Shown here piece by piece: positions 36,077 through 45,542 of a DNA stretch of 64,000 bases. The notes beneath the pieces were generated by a model. It was not told where the DNA came from and did not search any database. It saw only the letters and a list, made by a program, of their open reading frames with translations. Numbering within the stretch: the first letter of the stretch is position 1; each line of letters opens with the position of its first letter. The DNA is taken from the sequence record LR745208.1. One strand, given 5' to 3'. Made by a program: the position numbers and the translations under genes.

Positions 36077-39000
36077 TAAGCGTGTGCCCGAGCCCCAGCT
36101 TCGGCGGCCACTTCCTCTTCGCCCTCTTCCGCAGCCCCAGCAACATCCACCCGGACCTTCTCGTCAGCCATGGTGTTGATCGTCGCCAGGAGGCTACCAG
36201 CCTTCTTGAAGAGGGGGCCCGTCAGAAGGTCCATGGCGCCATCCCCAAGGTCCGCAAGGCCATCCTCGCGCATTACAGAGGCTACCTGGGCCAGCCGGTT
36301 GGCAGGGATCAGCTCGTCTTCGTTCTGTTCGTACTTGGACATGGGGAGTGCGCCGAGGCCTGAACCCACCACCAGCTTGGTGATGGCAAGGCCTGTGGGA
36401 GAAGCCAGGAACTTCGTGGCCTTACGCTTGTCGGCCCCCAGGCTCTGGACCAAGAACTCCAGGAGGGGGTCTCGGACGGCCTTGGCAAGCTGGCGGGCGG
36501 CAGTCTTGGTAGCGGCGCTTCCAAGCTCGGCCTTGAACGTGTTTGCAACTTTTCGGGTCTTGGTTGTCGGCATCTTCTTCTCGGTGTTCGTGGGCATGTT
36601 GTGGGGCTCAATTGTTTCGGGAGGCTTGTTGGTACTTACACCCGTCTCCGGGCTGCTCGTGAGGGATTCGGTGAACGCGTAAGGCCCCCAGACATTGTTC
36701 CGCTCCTGGGTGATGAACTGATCCAATTCTGTCTTCAGGGCGGGGGTGAGGTTGTCCGACCAGACAATATGGGAGGGGATGACCCTCTGGATATTGTCAC
36801 GTATGGTACGGGCGAATGACTCAACCGGGGCAGTTGGAACTGTTGAGGGTAGGTCAGATATCTTCCTACGGCTCGCGGCTGCCAGGGAGATGATCCGGTG
36901 CTCCCGTTCTGTGAAGGCTTGGAGCCTCTTGGAAAGCTCTACAGGAAGGGTTCCCCAGTCCGTTCGGTCCCTGTCTTTCTGGATGTTCTCAAGGATCTCA
37001 TCCTTGGCAAGTTCCACGGAGAAGGGGGACGCATATCCCTTGGCTTTGACCATCTCATTGGCCAAAGATTCCACCGTGTCAAAAATGACTCCCGTGGCGA
37101 ATATGGGGGAGGCTGCCCTGGGAAAACTTGTGACACCCTTCCAAACCTTGTCCCGCTCTAGGGTGATGAACTGATCCAATTTTGTCTTCAGATCAGCAGG
37201 TAAGTAGTAGGACCAATCCAGAGGGGTGGGGTGGCAGGCTTGGATGTTGGCCAGTATGGCTGCACCGTATCCAAACTCTCTAAGTGGAGATGCCCACCCC
37301 TGCGTTGTCCGCCACTTAACGATCTCCTCATCCAAGGCCCCGATTGCCCAGGCAAGATCCAGGAAATTGCCCAGCCGAACAGATAGATCCTTAGGCAGGA
37401 ATGCCCACTTGGGGTTTACCTTGACGCCTGTAATGTCCTCCAAGATCAATGTCTTGGCAGTCTCTACGGGGGTGCTCAAGTACTTGGAGGCTTCATTGGC
37501 CAGTGACTCCACTGTATCGAAGGCCACAGCATTGGGCTTGGTTTCAGCAACCCCCATTGAATGCGTAGAGGCAATTGAGGATGCCTTCCCTATAGCCTTC
37601 TTAACCCGCTCGTTGTAGATGAGACCTTCGACCCTGGAGTTGAGTTCAGCTCCCAAATCAGTCCGCGACACTGCCCAAGTTACTGGTTCAGTAGGGTCAT
37701 CAATGTAATCTTGAAGGAGCTCCTCATAGGTTTTGCTGTCTGTCTGCACTTGACCCTTGAGGCTCCCATTGGCACTGGCTACGGCGATCTCCTTGGCCAG
37801 AGACTTTACGGTATCCGTGTCTTTGGGGACCGTGTAATGGAGCCTCTTCCGGAGTACCTCATTAACCGTTGCTTGAATCTTCTCGTGGGCGGCTGGGGTG
37901 TAGGTAAAGTTGAATTGGATGTCCTTGAGCGCCTCCTTCATATGCTGCTGGATGTGGTCAGCCAGGGTATCACGGGCTGTTTGAGCAATGTGGTTTTGAG
38001 TCTTCTGAGGCTCCCACGGCGTGCCTGGATCCAAGAAAATCTGCAACCTATGGAGCACCTCCCTCTGGCCCTCTCCATCTCCTTTGAGGACGACTTGGGT
38101 TTCGGTACCCGCCTCGTTTTCGGTCTGGGACCATTGGGCTATATGTACCCCAGCAAGGCTTTCCTGGGTAGGTGTCTTCACACCGTTTGTCACTGCCCAC
38201 TCCAGGAGTCCAGGTGTCGCGAGTAGTACCTGCTGCACCTCTTGGGGGGATGTGCCTCCCTCATGTGGGCCGATATAGTCAATAATGTATTGGGTCAAGT
38301 CTCCGTGAAAACAGCCAGCATGCTCCCCGTTTTTGATGTCCGCAGCAATAGCGCGAATGTACTGGTGCCGTAGGTTCGCAACTTCCTTGGCTTCCGTTAC
38401 TTCGGCTTGAGTGGGTTCCTTATCCGCTTCTTTGTCTGGTTCCTTCTTGCCCACAGAATGGAGTTCTTCCAAGTAGTCAGACTGCATGCCCTTGATGGTA
38501 TCGATGTGAATAGGGTCCCCGACCATCTTCTGGAGAATCTGGTTGGGGCTGTCCCCCTTGTTTTTGTCCCTGGCTGCCGCCATCCGCTTATTGACATAGA
38601 CTTCTGGAGAGATGCCATGGAGGTCCCACAAGGCCCGGTCTAGTGCCTCCCGCTCTGCATTACTGGCTTCGTAATTGGCGCGAAGGTGGATGTACCGCTG
38701 GAGGGCAGGGACGTAGTCTTTGCTGATGCTAGCTTCCCAAAGATAGGGTTTCTTCGGCTCCATGCCCAGAAGGGTATAACCATTGGAAATAGCGGTACTT
38801 CCTATTGTAAAGGTGGTGGTGCTATCAGTTACGAGCGTATCAGACATGGGTGTGTCTTCTTTCTTGGGGCCCACCAGATAAGGTAGGATTTCCGCTTCCG
38901 TCCAAAGGGAGTCAGAGGTATTGTAGGTGTCCCAACAAATTCGGTAGCGTGATTTGCTATTACGGGCATAACCAGTCACAGTACCCTGAATGGTAGCAAA

Positions 39001-39837
39001 CGACACCCGCCGTCCAATTAGACTGGACTGAACAGCCCCTTCCTTCACTGGCCCCAGGAAAGGCAACAAGTCGGAATCCAACCACGTGGATTTTGGGGAA
39101 TGGGCTGTCGCGGCGTCGTAGATCTTCGCCCCAGTATCCAGGGACTTCCAATCAACATCCAATACAAAAGGGCCCCCAGTATGTCCCGGGTAGGGTCTGG
39201 CAGCCGTGACAGTCCCAGACCATCCAAACCACTGTACAGACATCCCAATGAAGTCTGTGACTTTAGACGGTATGCCTTTGGCATCTTCTTTTTCCAACAG
39301 GTCGACTTTTTTCTTGTAGTCTGATACGGAGGACACCACCCGGGATTCAGGCTTGGTAACCTTGGCCTTTGCAAGAGACAGATCTGGGTCTCCAACCTGG
39401 GTGTCATCGTCAGAGAGCGGATGCCATGGGAGTTCCGCGACGAAGTCCTTTGCCCCAGCGGGCATCGACTCTACTGGCACCAGGGCCTTGGCCAAATCTG
39501 TCATATGTAACACTGTGGACCTAGCCCCAGACGTGAGGATGAACTCACCGGGCCACTTCCCTGTTTCCACTTGGGCATTCCAAACGAACTGTTCCCCCGG
39601 GAGTTTGGGTAGGGTCCGGTACTCACTGGTCCTGGATTTCTCCATGATGAGCCCTTGGGGGGGCATTGTCTGTGGGGTCTGTAGGGGGACCCAAGGTTGA
39701 CCTATCTTGTGCTCTGGGTCTGCGGGGTGCCCATCAAATGAGAAGGTTTTGACCTGTCCAAAATGGGCACAGCCAGGGGGCATATCTACCCCACTAACCG
39801 CCCCACATACGGAACATGTGATATCATCGAGACTCAC
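36076..39837 (-). CDS. Giant modular protein B (1253 aa)
   Basis: Several DTVESLA(N/K)E repeats; shared C-terminal domain; acidic tail. Confidence 0.85.
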   Translation of the reverse strand: MSLDDITCSVCGAVSGVDMPPGCAHFGQVKTFSFDGHPADPEHKIGQPWVPLQTPQTMPPQGLIMEKSRTSEYRTLPKLPGEQFVWNAQVETGKWPGEFILTSGARSTVLHMTDLAKALVPVESMPAGAKDFVAELPWHPLSDDDTQVGDPDLSLAKAKVTKPESRVVSSVSDYKKKVDLLEKEDAKGIPSKVTDFIGMSVQWFGWSGTVTAARPYPGHTGGPFVLDVDWKSLDTGAKIYDAATAHSPKSTWLDSDLLPFLGPVKEGAVQSSLIGRRVSFATIQGTVTGYARNSKSRYRICWDTYNTSDSLWTEAEILPYLVGPKKEDTPMSDTLVTDSTTTFTIGSTAISNGYTLLGMEPKKPYLWEASISKDYVPALQRYIHLRANYEASNAEREALDRALWDLHGISPEVYVNKRMAAARDKNKGDSPNQILQKMVGDPIHIDTIKGMQSDYLEELHSVGKKEPDKEADKEPTQAEVTEAKEVANLRHQYIRAIAADIKNGEHAGCFHGDLTQYIIDYIGPHEGGTSPQEVQQVLLATPGLLEWAVTNGVKTPTQESLAGVHIAQWSQTENEAGTETQVVLKGDGEGQREVLHRLQIFLDPGTPWEPQKTQNHIAQTARDTLADHIQQHMKEALKDIQFNFTYTPAAHEKIQATVNEVLRKRLHYTVPKDTDTVKSLAKEIAVASANGSLKGQVQTDSKTYEELLQDYIDDPTEPVTWAVSRTDLGAELNSRVEGLIYNERVKKAIGKASSIASTHSMGVAETKPNAVAFDTVESLANEASKYLSTPVETAKTLILEDITGVKVNPKWAFLPKDLSVRLGNFLDLAWAIGALDEEIVKWRTTQGWASPLREFGYGAAILANIQACHPTPLDWSYYLPADLKTKLDQFITLERDKVWKGVTSFPRAASPIFATGVIFDTVESLANEMVKAKGYASPFSVELAKDEILENIQKDRDRTDWGTLPVELSKRLQAFTEREHRIISLAAASRRKISDLPSTVPTAPVESFARTIRDNIQRVIPSHIVWSDNLTPALKTELDQFITQERNNVWGPYAFTESLTSSPETGVSTNKPPETIEPHNMPTNTEKKMPTTKTRKVANTFKAELGSAATKTAARQLAKAVRDPLLEFLVQSLGADKRKATKFLASPTGLAITKLVVGSGLGALPMSKYEQNEDELIPANRLAQVASVMREDGLADLGDGAMDLLTGPLFKKAGSLLATINTMADEKVRVDVAGAAEEGEEEVAAEAGARAHA

Positions 39838-40277
39838 CGGTCCCGGAGCTTCTTGAATTCATCCCACAGTTCACGCACGCAAGGGTCCTCGTGGTTACTG
39901 AACTTCTCTTCTGCCCATGGGGCCGTAGTGGTGTTATCCCATTCAGGGGTGGGCTCCGGGGCATCCTCCCCACCAACACCAACAACCCCCAAACATATCT
40001 CTCCTATCTGGTGCTCAAAACACGCCAGATCGGGCAAGGCGGGGTCCCCTTGAAGCCTTCCCTCTTGAACAGCCTGACGCCACTGTTGGTGGATCAAACC
40101 CGCCAGGGCATATGCGGTGCGGGGGGTCAGTAGCTCACGAAGAAACCCCTCCAGGGGCTCCATGTCTGGCATCCAAGCCACCTTGTTCCGTTGGAGCCAT
40201 TCTGCCAGGGGCATCCAACGGTCCCAGTGGCCCTTGTCCTGGTATGCATAGAGGGACTTGTAGTTGTGGTCAACCAT
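39834..40277 (-). CDS. Hypothetical protein
   Basis: Start revised to MVDHNY. Confidence 0.6.
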   Translation of the reverse strand: MVDHNYKSLYAYQDKGHWDRWMPLAEWLQRNKVAWMPDMEPLEGFLRELLTPRTAYALAGLIHQQWRQAVQEGRLQGDPALPDLACFEHQIGEICLGVVGVGGEDAPEPTPEWDNTTTAPWAEEKFSNHEDPCVRELWDEFKKLRDR

Positions 40278-40596
40278 TGGTGAGTTTCCATCCCTGTGGG
40301 CCAGCAAGGTAGTCGCGAATTGTGCCAAAGTAGAGAAGCCATCGACCATCTGGTTGCTTCTGGCTTGGGTCCGATGCCCACCAACCATTACCAATGGTCC
40401 ATCCTTTGGGAAGGGCTGCTTCCACGGCACACGGATCATCTACAGGGGCAATGACATAAGGGGGGTCGGTGTCTGTCTTGGAGTAGACATCAATGTCCCC
40501 TATGGAGTACAGAAACCTTCCCGCTGGGGTGTGGGTTGCTGTAGGGGAGCCAGAGAGGTCCAGTTCCTGTATTCTCTTGTCAATCTCGCCTGCCAT
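40270..40596 (-). CDS. Hypothetical protein
   Basis: Head-to-tail packing. Confidence 0.6.
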   Translation of the reverse strand: MAGEIDKRIQELDLSGSPTATHTPAGRFLYSIGDIDVYSKTDTDPPYVIAPVDDPCAVEAALPKGWTIGNGWWASDPSQKQPDGRWLLYFGTIRDYLAGPQGWKLTNG

Positions 40597-40599
40597 GGG

Positions 40600-41109
40600 T
40601 CACGCCGCCTTCAGGAATTCTTGGAACTTGTCCCACACGTTCACGATGGGTTTGCCCACCCGCTCAGTGTACCGGACACAATTGAATGTCCCGCCCCGGG
40701 TTCCGTCCCACAAGGCCAACATGGTATCACACCGGTCGGCCATCCAGACGTTACGCTTTTGGAGCTTCTCTGCCCCATACCCGGGCTCCGACACATACAC
40801 GATCCTGGTAGCCTTTGCAAGCAATTCGTGATAGTGGACCTGCGATTGCGCGGGCCACATTGATTCCTGGCCCAAGAAAGGTACGGCTGCGATGAGGGGG
40901 AGACCCAGGTCAAGAGCGGCTTCCGCTATGGCTTGGTCCCACCCCAAGGCCATTCCACTAATGACGTGGGTGGTCTCGGGGATCTGTCGGAGGCATTGGG
41001 TGGCAAATCTCCGAAGGCGGAGAGCAACCTCTAGGCTGTACCCACCGATTTTTTCCGGCCTATGACCCGTTGCAGCTACCAGGAAGTAGCCAGGATGGTT
41101 GTTGGCCAA
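40600..41109 (-). CDS. YspA-like SLOG family protein
   Basis: ATGHRP, ISGMALGWDQ, KRNVWMAD, ALWDG..GGT.NCV. Confidence 0.85.
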   Translation of the reverse strand: MANNHPGYFLVAATGHRPEKIGGYSLEVALRLRRFATQCLRQIPETTHVISGMALGWDQAIAEAALDLGLPLIAAVPFLGQESMWPAQSQVHYHELLAKATRIVYVSEPGYGAEKLQKRNVWMADRCDTMLALWDGTRGGTFNCVRYTERVGKPIVNVWDKFQEFLKAA

Positions 41110-41112
41110 GGG

Positions 41113-41832
41113 TCACCCCCCGGTCTGACTACGGGGCAGTGTTTTGAACCGGGCCACCCCGAAGTTGCCCTGTAACTCCACCGTGTCATCCGCCTCAATG
41201 TTCCTGGTCCCATTGGGCAGTTGCTGAATGAGCTTGTGGGTCTCAGGGGTCTTGTTGGCGAGGGTCAGAAGCTGTCTCCCCGTCATGGTCACCGGATGCG
41301 GAAGAACCTCTGAGTACATGTTCTTATCGAGCTTGATGGATGCTCGCACCATGACTGGCGGAGACACAGACGCCTTGGCTGCCCGCGTCAGGTCATCCAT
41401 GGTGGGGATTCCTGGGAGGAAGGGGAGGAAGGGTTCCGCGATACTTGCTGCCGTTGGGGCCTTGGCCACAGGGGGCTTGACTGGGGTGCCCTGTTGGGAC
41501 TGGTCCAGCATTCCATCCAAACGTTTCAGGGTGTTTTGAAGCCTGAGGATGAGGTCAAACATCCGAAACCCCGACTGAGACCAGTTGTGGAGGTCCGTTA
41601 GGTCCCGGAGGACCCGACGCTGCCACGCAATCTTCCTGTGAAGGACAGCGTAGCAGGTACCCGCATTGTTGGTCAGGGCCTCCTGTAGCATGTCTCTTTC
41701 GGCGGTAACCGCTTGAAGGCTGTTCTTCAGGTTCTGGTTCTCCTGGTAGAGGGAGTTCCGTTCGCGTTCGAGCTTCAAGGTCTGGGCCTCTTGCTCATCG
41801 TTATTTCCAAACCATCCAAACAGTGGCTTCAT
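41113..41832 (-). CDS. Coiled-coil protein with a C-terminal multiubiquitin-type Ubl domain ending in GG
   Basis: IKLDK...MTGRQLLTLA...HKLIQ...NIEADDTVEL...RFKTLPRSQTGG*. Confidence 0.7.
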   Translation of the reverse strand: MKPLFGWFGNNDEQEAQTLKLERERNSLYQENQNLKNSLQAVTAERDMLQEALTNNAGTCYAVLHRKIAWQRRVLRDLTDLHNWSQSGFRMFDLILRLQNTLKRLDGMLDQSQQGTPVKPPVAKAPTAASIAEPFLPFLPGIPTMDDLTRAAKASVSPPVMVRASIKLDKNMYSEVLPHPVTMTGRQLLTLANKTPETHKLIQQLPNGTRNIEADDTVELQGNFGVARFKTLPRSQTGG

Positions 41833-41835
41833 GGT

Positions 41836-42672
41836 CTACTTCTCCTCGGTAAGATTCAGGGCCATTGCCCGGTACAGGTCTTCAGGGGGAATACACGACA
41901 GCCCACTCATCTGGCCATCGTTCAACTCAATCACAATCCACCGACCATCCATGGTCTTGGCCACATCCACCACCACAAACGTTACATGGTCCTTGACCCG
42001 GTTCCCTACCTGAAGCAGGAACTCCTGGGGGACCTCCGATGCCTTGGGGTCAATACCCACCGCGTTCAGGTCCTCCAGATAGTTGGACCAGTAGTAGCCA
42101 CCTACAAGGGGCTTCCCCCGCAGGAAGAAGAACCGGAACTCTCGGGTGATGGGTTGCTTGTTGATGGGGTCCACCAGAAACGTCTCAAGCTCTACGAATT
42201 GACGGACGTATATCTGCTGTTGCCCAATGAGCCCATCCGCCATGAGCACTTGGGCCACCTCAATGGCTTCGGTCTTGTTGCGCGCGAAACAATGGGTAGA
42301 CCATTTGTCTTTTCTGGAATTGGTTTCCCCCTTGACTACAAACGGGCCCCCAGAGTCAGGAACATCTGATAGTTGGGTCCACGTCTTAGGGGTCAACTCA
42401 TCCAGGATACCCACGTAGTTCTGTAGGTCCGCCACGAACCTGTGCTCCCGGTGGCTGTTGATAAGGGTGGAGCCAGCGTCTCTCAGATCCTCCTCCAGTT
42501 CCTTGTAGAAGGGGAGGACTGAATAGCGCCCAACCACGGTAGCCTTATGAGGCACCTGGGATCGTCTGGTAACTACCTTGAAGTATCGGTTGGCTGCCTC
42601 TTCCTCCCCTTCGGATTCCCCTACACAACCAGGACGGAACAAAATGACTGGAGGCATGGGAGGGGACATCAA
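41836..42672 (-). CDS. ATP-grasp protein (R2K-like)
   Basis: FVVKG, EFRFF, VVVDVA, IELNDGQMSG. Confidence 0.8.
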   Translation of the reverse strand: MMSPPMPPVILFRPGCVGESEGEEEAANRYFKVVTRRSQVPHKATVVGRYSVLPFYKELEEDLRDAGSTLINSHREHRFVADLQNYVGILDELTPKTWTQLSDVPDSGGPFVVKGETNSRKDKWSTHCFARNKTEAIEVAQVLMADGLIGQQQIYVRQFVELETFLVDPINKQPITREFRFFFLRGKPLVGGYYWSNYLEDLNAVGIDPKASEVPQEFLLQVGNRVKDHVTFVVVDVAKTMDGRWIVIELNDGQMSGLSCIPPEDLYRAMALNLTEEK

Positions 42673-43046
42673 ATCCTCTTGGCGATCCGCCGAAGTTCAT
42701 GGGTTGGCATGCCAATGAGCTTGGCCAGGGCATCATCGTAATCCCGAAACGCCTGATAGACCTGTCGACCCGCAGCTGCATAATAGCCGGGATGGTGCTT
42801 GTGGACACCACTAAAGGTGTACTCAAATATCTCCCATAGACATCGGGCCGCCGTGAGTGCCGAACGAATACGGTACTCAGAACCTGCAAGCATCATGATC
42901 TCATGGCTATATTCCCCCTCAGGGGCACCCATTGCACGGAGTCCCATGGGGTCCAGCTCCGTCACAATGGCCCGAAGCTTCTGGGCATGCTGGTCATCCA
43001 TCTCCTTGCCTGCGGCGATCATCTCCAACTTGCGCTGACTTGTCAT
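42669..43046 (-). CDS. Hypothetical protein
   Basis: ELDPMGL...PEGEYSHE; overlaps at both ends. Confidence 0.65.
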   Translation of the reverse strand: MTSQRKLEMIAAGKEMDDQHAQKLRAIVTELDPMGLRAMGAPEGEYSHEIMMLAGSEYRIRSALTAARCLWEIFEYTFSGVHKHHPGYYAAAGRQVYQAFRDYDDALAKLIGMPTHELRRIAKRI

Positions 43047-43351
43047 GGCCCTTTTACACCCTTCAGGGAATCTTGAAGGCGTTTCTTTTCCGCCTTGACG
43101 CCAGCCGCAAATCCAGAATGGAATCCATCAGCAATGGACTGGGACTCCAGTTGAGTCAGGGCAAATCCAATATGAGCCCTGGCATCGATTGGGTCCACCT
43201 TGTGTAGTATGAGAGTAGCTTTGAGCCACCTAGCATCCTCCTCATTCGTGAGGGCAGCCACTTCGTACCAGCCTGACCCTGGGGCCACCGTCAGGTCGTA
43301 TGCCTGGACGCTCCACTTGGAGCCATTGAAGTGAGCTCTCAGCTGTAGCAC
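43043..43351 (-). CDS. Hypothetical protein
   Basis: Overlapping stop and start. Confidence 0.6.
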   Translation of the reverse strand: MLQLRAHFNGSKWSVQAYDLTVAPGSGWYEVAALTNEEDARWLKATLILHKVDPIDARAHIGFALTQLESQSIADGFHSGFAAGVKAEKKRLQDSLKGVKGP

Positions 43352-43363
43352 TTGGACTTGCGC

Positions 43364-43744
43364 TTACTTGAAACTCTTCGTTTCAGTGCTGATCTTGTTG
43401 ATGAATGCCCTCTCACATTTGCCAGACTGCCACTGTACTGGGACAAACCTGTTCCAGCTAACCCCGGAGGCCACCCACTCCATGACGGGCTCCCGGCCTT
43501 CCTTGGGGCTTCGACGGACCTCATAGACCACGGTGTCCCACACCCGGTCCACGTCACACCACCACAAAAGCGCCACCCACCCCCGACCCATGAACGAGAA
43601 GGGAACCTCGTGGGCAGGGGGGGTCACGGTTGCGGTGCACTGGCTATGGGAATCACTCTCCTGGAGGTCCGTCATGCGAAAGTTCCTGGTTGCTACCTTG
43701 CTGGCCACGTCCCTATTACGCTCAGGGGACACCTTGGCGACCAC
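43364..43744 (-). CDS. Hypothetical protein (start uncertain)
   Basis: In the gene run; follows an in-frame TGA. Confidence 0.45.
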   Translation of the reverse strand: MVAKVSPERNRDVASKVATRNFRMTDLQESDSHSQCTATVTPPAHEVPFSFMGRGWVALLWWCDVDRVWDTVVYEVRRSPKEGREPVMEWVASGVSWNRFVPVQWQSGKCERAFINKISTETKSFK

Positions 43745-43896
43745 TCAAAATGTATTGCGGCCACATGCCCACTGGTGGTGGCACTGCACCTCCTCGACGG
43801 CTACGAACGGCGCTCCCATCGAGATATGCGGCCGAACCAGGGCACTCTGCGAAAATGCCAGGGAAGCCCTACGGCAAGGCAACCCAAGTGCAATCC

Positions 43897-44142
43897 CTAC
43901 GGCTTGCCTTCACGTTTATCGGTAGGTTCCTGGGGTTCCTTTGATTCCCGCCTGTCCGAGATGTAATCGCGGATCACTTCCCCAACATGGTGGACCAAGG
44001 GACTCAAGATAGCCGGGATGGCAGCAATAAGCAGCTCCTCCCAGAAAATGGAGTGTCGTTTCGAGTGGTTACTCATCAGCGTCTTCCTTTTCATAGCAGT
44101 GTTGGCAGATCCGTGGGTTAACCAGCCCAACCACCAGCTCAT
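43897..44142 (-). CDS. Small hypothetical protein (likely start MSNHSK)
   Basis: Hydrophobic core. Confidence 0.45.
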   Translation of the reverse strand: MSWWLGWLTHGSANTAMKRKTLMSNHSKRHSIFWEELLIAAIPAILSPLVHHVGEVIRDYISDRRESKEPQEPTDKREGKP

Positions 44143-44213
44143 ATAGAATAAGCAGCAGAAATGCCGTGATCCATGGGTGGTTGGTTACGAAAATGTCTAG
44201 TCCCTGCATGGCC

Positions 44214-44477
44214 TTAGAACCGATCCCCAGGACCCAAGTCCCCTAGAAGTTGCTCGAAAACAGTCACGATTTTCTGAACACCAGGGGGCCAGGAAGCTTT
44301 GTTGGTAATGACCTGTCCCCAATGGTCTTGGACCCTGAGGTAGACACAGTCTCTCGAACATATGGTCAAGTTAGCATACTTGGCCTCAACGGACCACTTG
44401 CAGGCCACGCCACTACCCGGGCTCTCCTCGTAGAAGGTGGCCTCCAAGGTCCCAACCGATGTCCTACTGGTGCTCAT
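44214..44477 (-). CDS. Hypothetical protein
   Basis: Head-to-tail packing. Confidence 0.55.
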   Translation of the reverse strand: MSTSRTSVGTLEATFYEESPGSGVACKWSVEAKYANLTICSRDCVYLRVQDHWGQVITNKASWPPGVQKIVTVFEQLLGDLGPGDRF

Positions 44478-44485
44478 GCCACAAC

Positions 44486-44671
44486 TTACGCTTCTGTGAC
44501 AGGGGCACGTACGATTTTGTAGCCCTTCAGGGCCAGCTCACGTTCAAGGAGATCGACCAACTCCAACATCGCCCGTTGGGAGGGATGGGAGTCCCCATGC
44601 TTGAGTATCTCACGCAGAACTTGAGTGATGTCGTACTGTTGGAGGGCATCGGGGGAGTTGGTGGCGTTCAT
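44486..44671 (-). CDS. Small hypothetical protein at the divergence point
   Basis: Last minus-strand ORF before the strand switch. Confidence 0.55.
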   Translation of the reverse strand: MNATNSPDALQQYDITQVLREILKHGDSHPSQRAMLELVDLLERELALKGYKIVRAPVTEA

Positions 44672-44731
44672 GAAGGCAAATTCCTCGTTGGGGGTGTAAC
44701 AACCTTACCGCTATTGGCCTGACGATTTCTC

Positions 44732-44758
44732 TAAAAAGTTGTCCCCTCGTACCGATAG
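44732..44758 (+). promoter_or_regulatory. Sigma28/FliA-like repeated promoter
   Basis: TAAA-AAGTTGTCCCCTCGT-ACCGATAG, then SD AGGA and ATG 44773. Confidence 0.8.
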
Positions 44759-45035
44759 GGTGTAGGAACACCATGAAGACCTCGCCTTCCCGTATCGAAG
44801 ATCATCCCCTGACTGGCAAATGGGACGGGAGCTATCCGGGTGTGCCCTGGCCGTTTTTGACAATGGCCGGGCGGAAGTAGCCCTGAACCCTGCCCAGCTG
44901 AAGCGGGCCCGACCCTACGTAAATCGACTGACCGTGAAAGGTTGAGCATTTCCCTGGTGATTGGCGGAAAATGGCCAAGGAAGCCAGGGAGCCACTCAAA
45001 ACCAACTTCGGGGACATCCTCAAGAAGATGATGCC

Positions 45036-45542
45036 ATGACGATTGTAGCAGCGCGGGCGGTACCCTACTCGGTGATGGCGGACTTCCTTGCGGGCGTTAA
45101 CCCCACCAACAGCATTGCCTCGATGGCCCATCAATTCGACCGGGTTTGGATCATCTCGGTCACGAATGGGGTCTGCGATGGCACCTACAAGCTCCTGATC
45201 ACGGAGGAGTTGGAGGACCGTATTGCTCTCCAATTCGACGACATCCAGGACAAGTACACCCCAAACGGGGTTCAGTTGCCACGAGACCCCCAGCTGGTCT
45301 ACTTCAATGACACCATGGCCAAAAAGGTCATGGACTTCATTCGTCGCGCCCATGAATCTCGCCCCGAGAGTCAAGACCTCCTCGTGGTCAATTGCCACAT
45401 GGGTATCTCACGGTCGGGGGCCATATCGGACTTCGCTCGCACGGTATGTGGACAGGACTACGACGAGTGGAAACGGATGAACCAGGGTGTCATTCCCAAC
45501 ATGCACGTCAAATCTCTGCTCATGGGGGCCTGGAAAGGATGA
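45036..45542 (+). CDS. Protein tyrosine/dual-specificity phosphatase-like protein
   Basis: LVVNCHMGISRSGA (CX5R); IALQFDD. Confidence 0.8.
   Translation: MTIVAARAVPYSVMADFLAGVNPTNSIASMAHQFDRVWIISVTNGVCDGTYKLLITEELEDRIALQFDDIQDKYTPNGVQLPRDPQLVYFNDTMAKKVMDFIRRAHESRPESQDLLVVNCHMGISRSGAISDFARTVCGQDYDEWKRMNQGVIPNMHVKSLLMGAWKG

Noticed and set aside
43745-43820. In-frame TTT TGA upstream of 43364..43744 as a second recoding site
   Set aside because: No SD at the prfB spacing and no recognisable protein across the stop
1220-44490. Recurrent GCGTAA/GTGTAA just upstream of start codons on the minus strand
   Set aside because: Mostly explained as the last codon plus TAA stop of the preceding gene
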